The translations under genes and the position numbers were made by a program. Below are positions 1 to 9,603 of a stretch of 64,000 nucleotides of DNA, piece after piece; the first letter of the stretch is position 1, and each line of letters begins with the position of its first letter. This DNA is from Candidatus Latescibacterota bacterium (GTDB taxonomy: Bacteria > Latescibacterota > UBA2968 > UBA8231). The notes under the pieces were generated by a model. It was not told where the DNA came from. It saw only the letters and a list, made by a program, of their open reading frames with translations, and did no database searches. Where the stretch lies: NCBI GenBank assembly GCA_965261395.1, contig OZ253462.1, positions 3,392,001 to 3,456,000 of the forward strand, written 5' to 3'.

Positions 1-605
1 GCCAGGTGCGCCGCTTGCCCCAGCCGTGCTGACGCACCTTCCACTCGCCTTCGCCATACCCCTTCAACCCCGTCGAATCAACGACCCAATGCCGGGGTTG
101 ATCCGTGGGCTGGGTAGGCAACGCTACTGTCAAGTCAGCCTGACGCCGCGAGAGGGTCGTATGATCCGGCACCCGTATAGCCAAGCCCATCAAGGCTACA
201 ATGGAAGCGACAAACCCCTCGGTTTGGCGTAGCGGCAAGTGATACATAAGCCGCAACGTCAACGCCGTGTGGATGGCTACGTCCGAAAAGGTATATTGCG
301 CCCCCCGTTGGCGCGGCCCTTGATAATACCACGCTTCGACCGCTTGGGGGGAAAACCACACCGTCAGGCTACCGCGCTGGGTAAGCCCCGCATCATAATC
401 AGGCCAATTACGCACCCGATACACAACCTTCGAGCGACGGCGACGGGGCTTGACCGAAGACGGAGCAGACGATACGTTGGACAGGACAGGTTCCTTGGAA
501 GAGAAGGCATAGAGTCTTTTCGCAAAAAAGTCATGCCCAATCTACTGAGGAGCCTGTCTTTATTCAACCGAGAAACCCAAAAATACCGATCCATGCACCA
601 AAGCC
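1..605 (-). mobile_element. IS5-family (IS903-like) insertion sequence, partial at window edge; copy 1
   Basis: Near-identical to 11566-12170; ends in ATGCACCAAAGCC (reverse complement GGCTTTGGTGCAT, like the IS903 terminal repeat GGCTTTGTTG). Transposase start is CTG here (cag at 482-484) versus ATG in copy 2. Confidence 0.92.
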
Positions 606-1403
606 ATCGTCAACTATAATACGCGCGACTGGCTCTCGCAGTGCCTGCACTCGATATATGCGCGGGATATCGCCGCGGAAGTGGAAGTCGTTGTAGTCGA
701 CAGTGCATCAACCGATGACTCAATTGACATGGTGCAGCGCGACTTTTCCGGCTGCACACTTATTGCTGGCAAAGAAAATATCGGGTTTGGACGCGGCAAT
801 AACCTTGGTGCAGCCCAAAGCACAGCTCCGATTTTGCTATTTCTCAACCCCGATACGTACGCGACAGACGGGGCACTGGCCGAACTCTTGCTTTTTATGG
901 ATCAGCATCCCCAGTACGGAGCGGCTGGTGGACGAATCTACGATGGAGAGGGGCAACAGGAACTCTCCGCGGGAACATGGCCGACGCTTTTGAGCCTAAT
1001 GTTAGACCGGGTTCTGGTAAACTTTCCGTCACTTTGCGGGTCATTAGAATACTTGGCCCATCACTACCGGGAGTACGAAAAGCAACGCGAAGTTGATTGG
1101 ATAACTGGAGCTTACTTGTGTATTCACCGCGATTTGTTTGAGCAACTGGCTGGGTTTGACCCTGCTATTTTTATGTATTACGAAGACGTAGAGCTGTGCT
1201 ATCGGGTGCGGGCGGCCGGGTCGCGAATCTGCTATTTCCCGGGCGCATCAATCCTTCACTATCGCAACAAAGCACCCATCCGCCAGCTACATCGCAAGCA
1301 TCGGATGCGCCAAGGCTTGCGCCAGTTTGCCCGCAAGCATTACGTGGGGGTGGGATGGGAGACGCGCTGGGCTGCGGAGTTGTTGTATTACCTAAACCTG
1401 TGA
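606..1403 (+). pseudogene. GT2 family glycosyltransferase, 5' end cut by IS
   Basis: From 606 the frame reads IVNYNTRDWL...VVVVDSASTD...NIGFGRGNNLG...LFLNPD...FMYYEDVEL (GT2 motifs). The IS end abuts the IVNYN codons, so the start and first residues are missing. Confidence 0.85.
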
Positions 1404-1432
1404 GAAGACTCTGCTTGTAGATCGATCTACAA

Positions 1433-1516
1433 ATGGCTCCCCATCCGAGATCCCCATCACACCTTTGCACCCCAAGCGTTGCTGTCGACTCATACGTGAA
1501 TGGATAAAGTCGAGCT
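1433..1516 (+). mobile_element. Internally deleted remnant of the IS701-like element
   Basis: 1433-1493 closely matches 13926-13986; 1494-1516 matches the element's right end 14365-14387 (ACGTGAATGGATAAAGTCGAGCT). Confidence 0.8.
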
Positions 1517-1581
1517 TCGTTAGTTGACCCTCCCAACGCGCGTTGATACGTTTTGGCGACCACCGCCAAAAGGAGAAGCTC

Positions 1582-3309
1582 TTGACGCGCCCCGCTTTCT
1601 CGCTAATCCTCGCTTTGGTCTGCGCCGCTTGTAGCGGCGAAGGTAGCCTGCAACACGTGCCGCGCGAGCGCACCTTGATCACCGACTGCGTCGATCAGGG
1701 CACGTGCAGCGGCCAGTTCCAGGACTACGACGCCTTTAATCCCTACCTGCCCGGCAAGGTCTCTCGCACGGGCTATAACTTCCTCTACGAGCCGCTCTAC
1801 TTTTACAACGCCTATCGCGACGAGATCATCCCCTGGATCGCCACTGGGCACGAGTACAACGAAAACTATACCGAAGTCACCATAAAAATTCGGCCCGGAG
1901 TCGAATGGAGCGACGGGCAGCCGTGGACGGCGCACGACGTGGTTTTTACGATCAACATGCTCCGCGACAATGCGCCGGAACTGACCTTTGCGGTCGATAT
2001 GCAGACCTGGGTTAAAACAGCCGTGGCCAGCGACAGCCTGACGGCGCACATTGCGCTGACGGCCCCCAACCCGCGCTTCGTCTTTACGTATTTCACCCAC
2101 AACTTCGACAATGGCGTGCCGATTGTGCCCCGGCACATCTGGGAGGGCCAAGACCCCAAGACCTTCGCCAACTTCGATCTGGCGCGGGGCTGGCCTGTAG
2201 TAAGCGGTCCGTACCGCTTGGCGCACTCCGTGCCGGAGCAGCGGATCTGGGATCGGCGCGAAGGCTGGTGGGCCGCCAAGATCGGCTTCCGCCAGCCGCC
2301 GCAAGTCGAGCGGCTGATCTACCTGCCCTATATGGAGGAGGCCAAACAGGTACAAAACCTCGCTACCGATGCCATGGACCTGTGCGCCGACATGCTGCCC
2401 CCCAACATCCGCACAATTCTAGAGCAAAACCCCAATGTGACGACCTGGAGTGGCCAAGAGCCGCCCTATGGCTATCTGGATTGGTGGCCCATTTCGCTGG
2501 GGTTCAACGTTCAAGAGTCGCCCTACGACGAGCCGGCCTTCCGCTGGGCCGTAAACCACGCCATCAACCGCGAACAGTTAGTGGAGGTTGGCTGGCAGGG
2601 GGCAGGGCGACCAACCCTATTGCCGTTTCCCGACTTTCCGCGGCTCAGGCACTACACCGCCCAAGTCCAAGACTTGCTGGAACAATATCCGGTGGGGCTG
2701 TTCGATCCGGCCCGCAGCGCGGCCCTGATGCAGGAGTCTGGGTGGCATCTGGACGCCGAAGGCATTTGGACGCGGGACGGGGAGCAGGCCAAGATGCTGC
2801 TCGACATCAGCCAGACCTTCCAAGACATCGCGCCGATCTTGGTCGAGCAGTTGCAGCGGGCGGGCTTTGCGGCCAACATGCGAATGACCTCAGACAACTA
2901 CACGCGGATGGCCACGGGCGCGGCCAAGGGCTATATATTTGGCAATGGAGGCTCAGTGCGCGACCCATATTTTACGCTGCGGCTCTACCACAGTCGCTTC
3001 GTCCAGCCGACGGGTACGGCGACGCCGAACTTCTGGCGCTGGAAAAACCCCGCGTATGACGCACTCGTCGATCAGATGGGACAGACCGCACCCGAAGACC
3101 CGCGCTTGGTGGGCCTGTTCAGGGAGGCGTTGGCGATTTGGCTGCGCGAGATGCCAGCCATACCCTTGCTGCAATTTTACCACCGCTTGCCCCACAACCA
3201 AACCTACTGGACCAACTGGCCGTCGGTGGACAATCCGTATATCAATACGGCCTACTGGCACCGAACGTGGCTTTTAGTGTTGTTGAACCTGCAACCAACG
3301 CGAGGTTAA
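1582..3309 (+). CDS. ABC transporter substrate-binding lipoprotein, family 5 (OppA/DppA fold)
   Basis: AGGAG RBS then TTG at 1582; lipobox VCAAC; family-5 signature IRPGVEWSDGQPWTAHDVVFT. Confidence 0.9.
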   Translation: MTRPAFSLILALVCAACSGEGSLQHVPRERTLITDCVDQGTCSGQFQDYDAFNPYLPGKVSRTGYNFLYEPLYFYNAYRDEIIPWIATGHEYNENYTEVTIKIRPGVEWSDGQPWTAHDVVFTINMLRDNAPELTFAVDMQTWVKTAVASDSLTAHIALTAPNPRFVFTYFTHNFDNGVPIVPRHIWEGQDPKTFANFDLARGWPVVSGPYRLAHSVPEQRIWDRREGWWAAKIGFRQPPQVERLIYLPYMEEAKQVQNLATDAMDLCADMLPPNIRTILEQNPNVTTWSGQEPPYGYLDWWPISLGFNVQESPYDEPAFRWAVNHAINREQLVEVGWQGAGRPTLLPFPDFPRLRHYTAQVQDLLEQYPVGLFDPARSAALMQESGWHLDAEGIWTRDGEQAKMLLDISQTFQDIAPILVEQLQRAGFAANMRMTSDNYTRMATGAAKGYIFGNGGSVRDPYFTLRLYHSRFVQPTGTATPNFWRWKNPAYDALVDQMGQTAPEDPRLVGLFREALAIWLREMPAIPLLQFYHRLPHNQTYWTNWPSVDNPYINTAYWHRTWLLVLLNLQPTRG

Positions 3310-3380
3310 ACGAAACGGTTTGCTCGCGCTTAATCGACGCGGCTGGTATCATGTCACTCGAAACCGATGCGAGGTCTACT

Positions 3381-5162
3381 ATGAAACGCAGCATTTGCAC
3401 ATTGCTCAGCGCGTGGCTGCTCAGCGGCTGCGGCGATAGCCCCTCCGACCAAGAGCCATCGGACGCAGCCGGCCAGCGCGAGGACGCTGAGGACTCGGCG
3501 CTTATACAGGTTCCACGGAACCGCACCTTGATCATGGATTGCGCCGCAAGCGGCACGTGCGCCGGGCAGATCCAAGACTACAATTCGTTCAACCCCTATC
3601 TGCCGGAAACCACCTCGCGCACCGGGTACAATTTCGTTTTCGAGCCGCTGTATTTCTACAATGCCTTTGAGGGCAAGCTGATTCCCTGGATCGCCACCGA
3701 GCACCGCTTCAACGACGCCTATACCGAAGTGGAGATCACCATTCGCCCGGGGGTCCAGTGGAGCGACGGCATGCCGTGGACGGCGCACGATTTGGTCTTT
3801 ACGATCAACATGCTCAAGGACAACGCGCCTCTGTTGTCCTATTCGACCGACATGAAAAACTGGGTCCAAGAGGCCGTGGCCGTCGATAGCCTGACGGCGC
3901 GCATCGCGCTGACCGCGCCCAATCCGCGCTTTGTCTTTTCGTACTTCACCCACAACTTCGGCAATGGGGTGCCGATCGTGCCCAAGCACGTGTGGGAAGG
4001 ACAGTCGCCAGACACCTTTGTAAACTTCGATCCGCAAAAAGGCTGGCCCGTGTTTTCCGGGCCTTACAAGCTGACGCTATCCTCGCCGCAGCAGCGCATC
4101 TGGGACTTGCGGCCGAATTGGTGGGCCGCGGCCAGCGGCTTCCAAGCCCTGCCCAAAGTCGAGCGCATCATCTACCTGCCTTACATGGAGGAAGCCAAGC
4201 GCGTCCAGAATCTAATCACCAACCACATGGATACCTGCCTAGACCTCCGGCCGCCCAACATCCGGACCGTGCTCGACCGCAACCCCCGCGTGACGACGTG
4301 GACCGGGCGAGAGCCGCCGTACGGGTACGTGGATTTCTGGCCCATTTCGCTGGGCTTTAACAACCTCGAGGCCCCCTTCTCAGACGTGGGCGTGCGCCGC
4401 GCGATCAACTACGCCATCGACCGCGCCCAGCTCGTGGAGATCGGCTGGCAGGGAGCGGGCACCTCGACGCTCTTGCCCTTTCCCGCGTACCCGGCGCTGC
4501 GGCCTTACTTCAGCGAGGTCGAAGATTTGCTAGAGCAATACGAGATTGGGGTCTTTGATTTGGCCAAGAGCGCCGCCCTGATGAAGAGCATGGGCTGGCA
4601 GCGGCCCGAAGGCGGCTATTGGACTAAGAATGGCAAGCCATTTAAGATGGTCATCGACATCTCCTCGATTTTCCAAGACATCACGCCGGTCCTAGTCGCG
4701 CAGCTAGAGAAAGCGGGTTTTGACGCGGACTTCCGCAACACCCCGGACACCTATACCCGCATGTCGCACGGCACGGCCCGCGCCTTTATCAATGGGCACG
4801 GCGGCAGCGTGCGCGACCCGTATTTTACGCTGCGGCTCTACCACAGCCGCTTCGTGCAGCCAACCGGCACCCCCGCCGAGCACTTCTGGCGCTGGCAGAA
4901 CGAGGAATTCGATCGGATCGTCGATCAAATGGCGGAAATCGCGCCGCGCGATCCGCAGCTGGTGCAATTGTACCGCCAAGCCATGCAAATCTGGCTCGCC
5001 GAACTGCCGTCGATTCCGCTCTTGCAGTGGTATCACCGCATTCCCCACAACCAGACCTACTGGCGCAACTGGCCTTCGGAGCACAGCCCGTACATCAACA
5101 GCGCCTATTGGCACCGGGTGTGGCTGTTAGTGTTGCTCAATTTGCAGCCGGTACAAGGGTAA
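3381..5162 (+). CDS. ABC transporter substrate-binding lipoprotein, family 5; tandem paralog
   Basis: ATG 3381 after GAGG; lipobox LLSGC; IRPGVQWSDGMPWTAHDLVFT; collinear with the upstream paralog. Confidence 0.9.
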   Translation: MKRSICTLLSAWLLSGCGDSPSDQEPSDAAGQREDAEDSALIQVPRNRTLIMDCAASGTCAGQIQDYNSFNPYLPETTSRTGYNFVFEPLYFYNAFEGKLIPWIATEHRFNDAYTEVEITIRPGVQWSDGMPWTAHDLVFTINMLKDNAPLLSYSTDMKNWVQEAVAVDSLTARIALTAPNPRFVFSYFTHNFGNGVPIVPKHVWEGQSPDTFVNFDPQKGWPVFSGPYKLTLSSPQQRIWDLRPNWWAAASGFQALPKVERIIYLPYMEEAKRVQNLITNHMDTCLDLRPPNIRTVLDRNPRVTTWTGREPPYGYVDFWPISLGFNNLEAPFSDVGVRRAINYAIDRAQLVEIGWQGAGTSTLLPFPAYPALRPYFSEVEDLLEQYEIGVFDLAKSAALMKSMGWQRPEGGYWTKNGKPFKMVIDISSIFQDITPVLVAQLEKAGFDADFRNTPDTYTRMSHGTARAFINGHGGSVRDPYFTLRLYHSRFVQPTGTPAEHFWRWQNEEFDRIVDQMAEIAPRDPQLVQLYRQAMQIWLAELPSIPLLQWYHRIPHNQTYWRNWPSEHSPYINSAYWHRVWLLVLLNLQPVQG

Positions 5163-5180
5163 CGCACGAGGAGAGTACCT

Positions 5181-6170
5181 ATGAAATTGCACATGTTGCG
5201 CTGCATCGCAGCCGTTTTGGGAATAGTCGCCCTAAGCTGCGGCGATCAGCAAGAAGCACCGATAGAGAAGAAGCTCAAGATCGCCGGGATCGTCTTTCAG
5301 GAGGACCAGTTTTTTCGCCTGATCCAGTTTGGGATGCAGGACGCGGCCGACAAAGCGGGCGTCGAGCTGCTGCTGGCTAATAGCGCGAATAAGCCGGACA
5401 AGGAGATTCAGCTAGTCAACACCTATATCGCGCGCGGCGTCGATGCCATTGTGATCTCGCCGCTGAGTACCAAGGCTTCAGCCACTGCATTGCAGCGAGC
5501 CAAGGACGCCGGGATCGTGGTGGTGACGTACAATTCGACGGTGGAAGGGGATATTCCCGCCGCCTATATCGAGAGCGACCAAGGGGACTTGGGCCGACAG
5601 ACCGGGCTTGTGGCGCGGCGCTACATCGAAGAGCAGCTAGGGGGCCGGGCCAAAATTGCAACCCTCGCCTTCAAGTCACAGCTCGCCGAGCAAAGCGACG
5701 CGCGTCGCAACGGGTTCGTCGAGGTGGTGGGGCAGTTGCCGGGCGTGGAATTCGTCGCCGAGCAGGACGCCTGGCTGCCGGAAATGGCGCTCAAGAAGGC
5801 CGGGGACATTCTCACGGCCCATCCAGAGATTGACATCCTCTGGTCGGCCAACGAAGGCGGCACCGTTGGGTCGGTGATGGCGGTCAAAAACGCCGACCGC
5901 GAGGGGAAGGTGGCCGTCTTTGGCACCGATGCCAGCCAGCAGCTCGTCGAGTTCATGCTCGCCGATGACGGCATCTTGCAAGCTCTCACCACCCAGACCC
6001 CTTTTGAACTAGGCGTAAAGGCCATCGAACTGGCCATCGGGGCACTCAAGGGGCAAGATGTCGCGGCCAAGGTGGTGATGGACGGGGTGCTGTTGGCGCG
6101 TCAGGACTCGGCCGGAGTGCGGGCCTTTGGCACTCGACTCGCGGACCTGATCGCCCTCGGCAATCAGTGA
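5181..6170 (+). CDS. Sugar ABC transporter substrate-binding lipoprotein (RbsB-like)
   Basis: Lipobox ALSC; RGVDAIVISP; periplasmic binding protein type 1 pattern. Confidence 0.9.
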   Translation: MKLHMLRCIAAVLGIVALSCGDQQEAPIEKKLKIAGIVFQEDQFFRLIQFGMQDAADKAGVELLLANSANKPDKEIQLVNTYIARGVDAIVISPLSTKASATALQRAKDAGIVVVTYNSTVEGDIPAAYIESDQGDLGRQTGLVARRYIEEQLGGRAKIATLAFKSQLAEQSDARRNGFVEVVGQLPGVEFVAEQDAWLPEMALKKAGDILTAHPEIDILWSANEGGTVGSVMAVKNADREGKVAVFGTDASQQLVEFMLADDGILQALTTQTPFELGVKAIELAIGALKGQDVAAKVVMDGVLLARQDSAGVRAFGTRLADLIALGNQ

Positions 6171-7669
6171 GCCAACTCCCTTTCAAACTAGCAGTTGAAG
6201 ACCTAGGCAAGGACTACCCGGGGACCGTGGCGCTCGACGGGGTTTCGGTGGGGTTTGCCCCCGGCGAGGTCCACGCGCTGATCGGCAAAAACGGCGCTGG
6301 CAAAAGCACGCTGGTCAAGATCCTAGCCGGATCGGTCGCCCCGAGCAGGGGGCGCATCCTCTGCGATGGGGCACCGGTTGCGCTGCGCTCGCCGCAGGAC
6401 GCCTTTGACTGCGGCATCGCCATGGTCTATCAGGAGCTGAGCTTGGTGCCAGGGCTGACGGTGGCCGAGAATATCCTGCTCGGACGGGCACCGAAACGGC
6501 GTGGACTCATCGACTGGGCGGCAACCTACACACGGGCCGAGGATGTGCTCGCGAGGCTGGGAGTCGCCATCGATGTCCAGACGCGCACCGGCGATTTAGG
6601 GGTAGCGCAACAGCAGATCGTCGAGATCGCCAAGGCCATGTCCTTTGACCCGGCCGTGCTCATCCTCGACGAGCCGACCTCGGCACTGGCGACGCACGAG
6701 ACCGAGCAACTCTTCCGCGTGGTCAAAGGGCTGGCGGCAGCGGGCGTGGCCATCATCTACATCTCTCACCGCTTACAGGAATTGCGCTCTATCGCCGACC
6801 GGGTCACGGTCTTGCGCGACGGGCATCACATCGGCACGGTGGCGATGCAGGAGACGAGCGTCGCGGAGATCGTGCAAATGATGTTTGGCGAGATCGCGCA
6901 ACAGGAGCGGCCGGATGATTTGCGGCCGGGTGCAACTCCGGTGCTGGAGGTGCAGGGCTTGTCGCGCGGGGACGCCTTTGCCGATGTGAGCTTCGCGCTT
7001 TACGAGGGCGAAATCCTCGGCATTGCCGGGATGCTGGGCGCGGGGCGCACCGAACTGCTGCGCGCCCTCTTCGGCGCAGACGCCTGCGACCGCGGACAAA
7101 TCGCGGTCCAAGGCCAGCGCGTAGAAGCGCCGACCCCCCCGAAAATGAAGGCGCATGGCTTGGCCTTTACCCCTGAAAACCGCAAGGAAGAGGCTCTGAT
7201 CCAAGCGCATAGCATCCGCGCCAATATGTGTTTGGCGAGCATGGGCCGGATCGCCCACCGGGGATATATCACCCGCGTGGGGGAGCAGGCCGTGGTGGAT
7301 AGGCTAGTGACCCAACTCGAAATCAAGGTCGCCGACACCGAAGCTCCGGTCTCGGCGCTGAGCGGCGGGAATCAGCAAAAGGTGGTGTTGGGCAATTGGC
7401 TGGGCAATCGCCCCCGGGTCATGCTCTTTGACGAGCCGACGCGCGGTGTGGATGTGCAGGCCAAGCAACAGATTTTCGAGGCGATGTGGGATTTGAGCCG
7501 CCAAGGCATTGCTTCGCTTTTTGTATCGACCGAGTTAGAAGAACTGGTCGAAGTCTGCCACCGGATCTTAATCATGCGCGAGGGACGAATTGAAGGCCAA
7601 GTGCGGCCCGGAGAAATCAGTGCCGACGAGTTGGCGCTGCGCTGCATGGGGGCGGGCCGCAATGCGTGA
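6167..7669 (+). CDS. Sugar ABC transporter ATP-binding protein (RbsA-like, double NBD)
   Basis: Walker A GKNGAGKST; LILDEPT; LSGGNQQK; LFDEPTRGVD. Confidence 0.95.
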   Translation: MSQLPFKLAVEDLGKDYPGTVALDGVSVGFAPGEVHALIGKNGAGKSTLVKILAGSVAPSRGRILCDGAPVALRSPQDAFDCGIAMVYQELSLVPGLTVAENILLGRAPKRRGLIDWAATYTRAEDVLARLGVAIDVQTRTGDLGVAQQQIVEIAKAMSFDPAVLILDEPTSALATHETEQLFRVVKGLAAAGVAIIYISHRLQELRSIADRVTVLRDGHHIGTVAMQETSVAEIVQMMFGEIAQQERPDDLRPGATPVLEVQGLSRGDAFADVSFALYEGEILGIAGMLGAGRTELLRALFGADACDRGQIAVQGQRVEAPTPPKMKAHGLAFTPENRKEEALIQAHSIRANMCLASMGRIAHRGYITRVGEQAVVDRLVTQLEIKVADTEAPVSALSGGNQQKVVLGNWLGNRPRVMLFDEPTRGVDVQAKQQIFEAMWDLSRQGIASLFVSTELEELVEVCHRILIMREGRIEGQVRPGEISADELALRCMGAGRNA

Positions 7670-8615
7670 ACGGCTTTTGGCGTGGGTGAAGCGCTCGATT
7701 ATGGAGATCATTCTCTTCGTCCTCTGCGCGATTTTGGCGTTTGAGGCCGAAGGGTTTTTCTCGGTGGACAACTTGCTCAACGTGTTGCGCAACGTATCCA
7801 TGCAGGGCATTATCGCCTTTGGCATGACGATGGTCATCATCTCCGGGGAGATCGACCTGAGCGTGGGGTCGGCGGTGGCTTTTGCCGGCTGCCTGACCGC
7901 CTATGTGACGCAGCATTTGGCCGGGGCTGGGCTAGCGGTGGAATTGGCGGTGCCCGCAGCCATGCTGGCGGCCTTGCTAGTCGGCTTGAGCGTCGGTGCC
8001 CTGAGCGGGTTTATCCGCGTGCGCTTTGGGGTGCCGACTTTTATCATCACCCTGGCGTGGATGACGGTCTTGACCGGATCGGCGCAACTCATCACCGGGG
8101 GATTTCCGCTGACGCCATTTCCCGAGTGGTACAATTTTCTGGGCGGCGGTTATCTCCTCGGAGTGCCCTTTCCGGCGCTGGTTTTCGCGCTGGTCTTTTT
8201 GACGACGCATTTCCTGATGGGCTACACCACGTTGGGGCGCTCGATCTACGCAGTGGGCGGCAATGCCGAGGCCGCGCGGCTCAGCGGCATTGAGGTCGGC
8301 AAAATCAAGATCGCCGTCATGGCAATTGTCGCCTTCTTAGCGGCGCTGGCCGGCATCATGCAGTCGGCCGAGATCATGTCCGGTGCAGCGACGACGGCGA
8401 GGGGATGGGAGTTGGATGTGATCGCCGCAGTCATCATCGGCGGCACCAGCTTGATGGGTGGCGAGGGACAGATACGCGGCACCCTGATCGGCGTGGTGTT
8501 CTTGGGCATCTTGGTCAACGGCATGACGCTGATGAACATTAGCGAATACTGGCAGCTCGTGGTGCGGGGGGTGTTGATCCTGAGTGCGGTGCTGATTAAC
8601 CGGGCGCATCAATAG
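7662..8615 (+). CDS. Sugar ABC transporter permease (RbsC-like)
   Basis: GEIDLSVG; GRSIYAVGGNAEAARLSGI; ELDVIAAVIIGGTSL. Confidence 0.93.
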   Translation: MRERLLAWVKRSIMEIILFVLCAILAFEAEGFFSVDNLLNVLRNVSMQGIIAFGMTMVIISGEIDLSVGSAVAFAGCLTAYVTQHLAGAGLAVELAVPAAMLAALLVGLSVGALSGFIRVRFGVPTFIITLAWMTVLTGSAQLITGGFPLTPFPEWYNFLGGGYLLGVPFPALVFALVFLTTHFLMGYTTLGRSIYAVGGNAEAARLSGIEVGKIKIAVMAIVAFLAALAGIMQSAEIMSGAATTARGWELDVIAAVIIGGTSLMGGEGQIRGTLIGVVFLGILVNGMTLMNISEYWQLVVRGVLILSAVLINRAHQ

Positions 8616-8692
8616 TAGGCGAGAGCGGCTCCGGATAGAATTGAGCGCAACAGATTTCATCAACAAATTTTCACAAACACAAGGAGCGTACG

Positions 8693-9268
8693 ATGGTTAA
8701 TAGTATAGCTATTGAGGTGAATCAGAAAGATATATTTCGCGCCCGTACGGGCCGCGGGCCATCCCCGGATGGGATAAACGATAATGGTACGACTGACCTC
8801 CACTTTGCAGCGGAGCTAAACCTAGACGTACTGATTAAATCCCTGCTGAATCGGGGGGCTATGGTCAACGCGAAGAACAACCAAGGCTCGACGCCGCTAC
8901 ACTTTGCGGCGTCGTATGATGCCTCTAAGGCGGCAGAGCTATTGCTGAACCGGGGGGCTACGGTCAACGCAAAGAGCAATGAAGACTCCACGCCGCTGCA
9001 CTTTGCAGCGATGAGAAAAGCTGCTGAGGCAGCCGCGCTGTTGCTGAAACAGAAGGGCATCCAGGTCAATGAGAAGGACAACGAAGGCCGGACGCCGTTG
9101 CACTTTGCGGCGGTGAATAATGCTGCTGAGATAGCCGAGTTATTGCTGAATCGGGGGGCTACGGTCAACGAGAAGGACAACGAAGGCCGGACGCCGTTGC
9201 ACTTTGCGGAACAGTACAATGCTCATGAGACGGCAGAGTTATTGCGCCGTTACGATGGTCGAAACTGA
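8693..9268 (+). CDS. Ankyrin repeat protein
   Basis: About five 33-aa repeats of the type GxTPLHFAA...AELLLNRGAxVN. Confidence 0.95.
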   Translation: MVNSIAIEVNQKDIFRARTGRGPSPDGINDNGTTDLHFAAELNLDVLIKSLLNRGAMVNAKNNQGSTPLHFAASYDASKAAELLLNRGATVNAKSNEDSTPLHFAAMRKAAEAAALLLKQKGIQVNEKDNEGRTPLHFAAVNNAAEIAELLLNRGATVNEKDNEGRTPLHFAEQYNAHETAELLRRYDGRN

Positions 9269-9301
9269 AATAAGCTGATTTTTGAAACAATTGGAGATGC
9301 T

Positions 9302-9589
9302 ATGAGCGAAGAGCAATACCCTCTCAACGCCTTGCCCCAAGGACATCGGCTCCAAGAATACGAACTGGTCCGTGTGTTAGGCTTTGGCGGCTTCGGCATG
9401 ACGTATCAGGGCTTTGACCACAATTTGGACAAAGCCGTCGCCATCAAGGAATATCTGCCGTCCGACATCGCCACTCGTACAGGCGAGCACAGCGTTGCCC
9501 CGCAAGCCAGCGACTTTCGTGATGATTTTCAGTGGGGACTGGCTCGTTTCTTAGAGGAAGCACGCTTCGACTATCACTACCTACTTTAG
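9302..9589 (+). pseudogene. Truncated Hanks-type Ser/Thr protein kinase (N-lobe only)
   Basis: LGFGGFGMTY Gly-loop, VAIKE and RFLEEAR (helix C), then a stop; no HRD or DFG motif. Confidence 0.85.
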
Positions 9590-9603
9590 AAGGATAAATT
9601 TTA

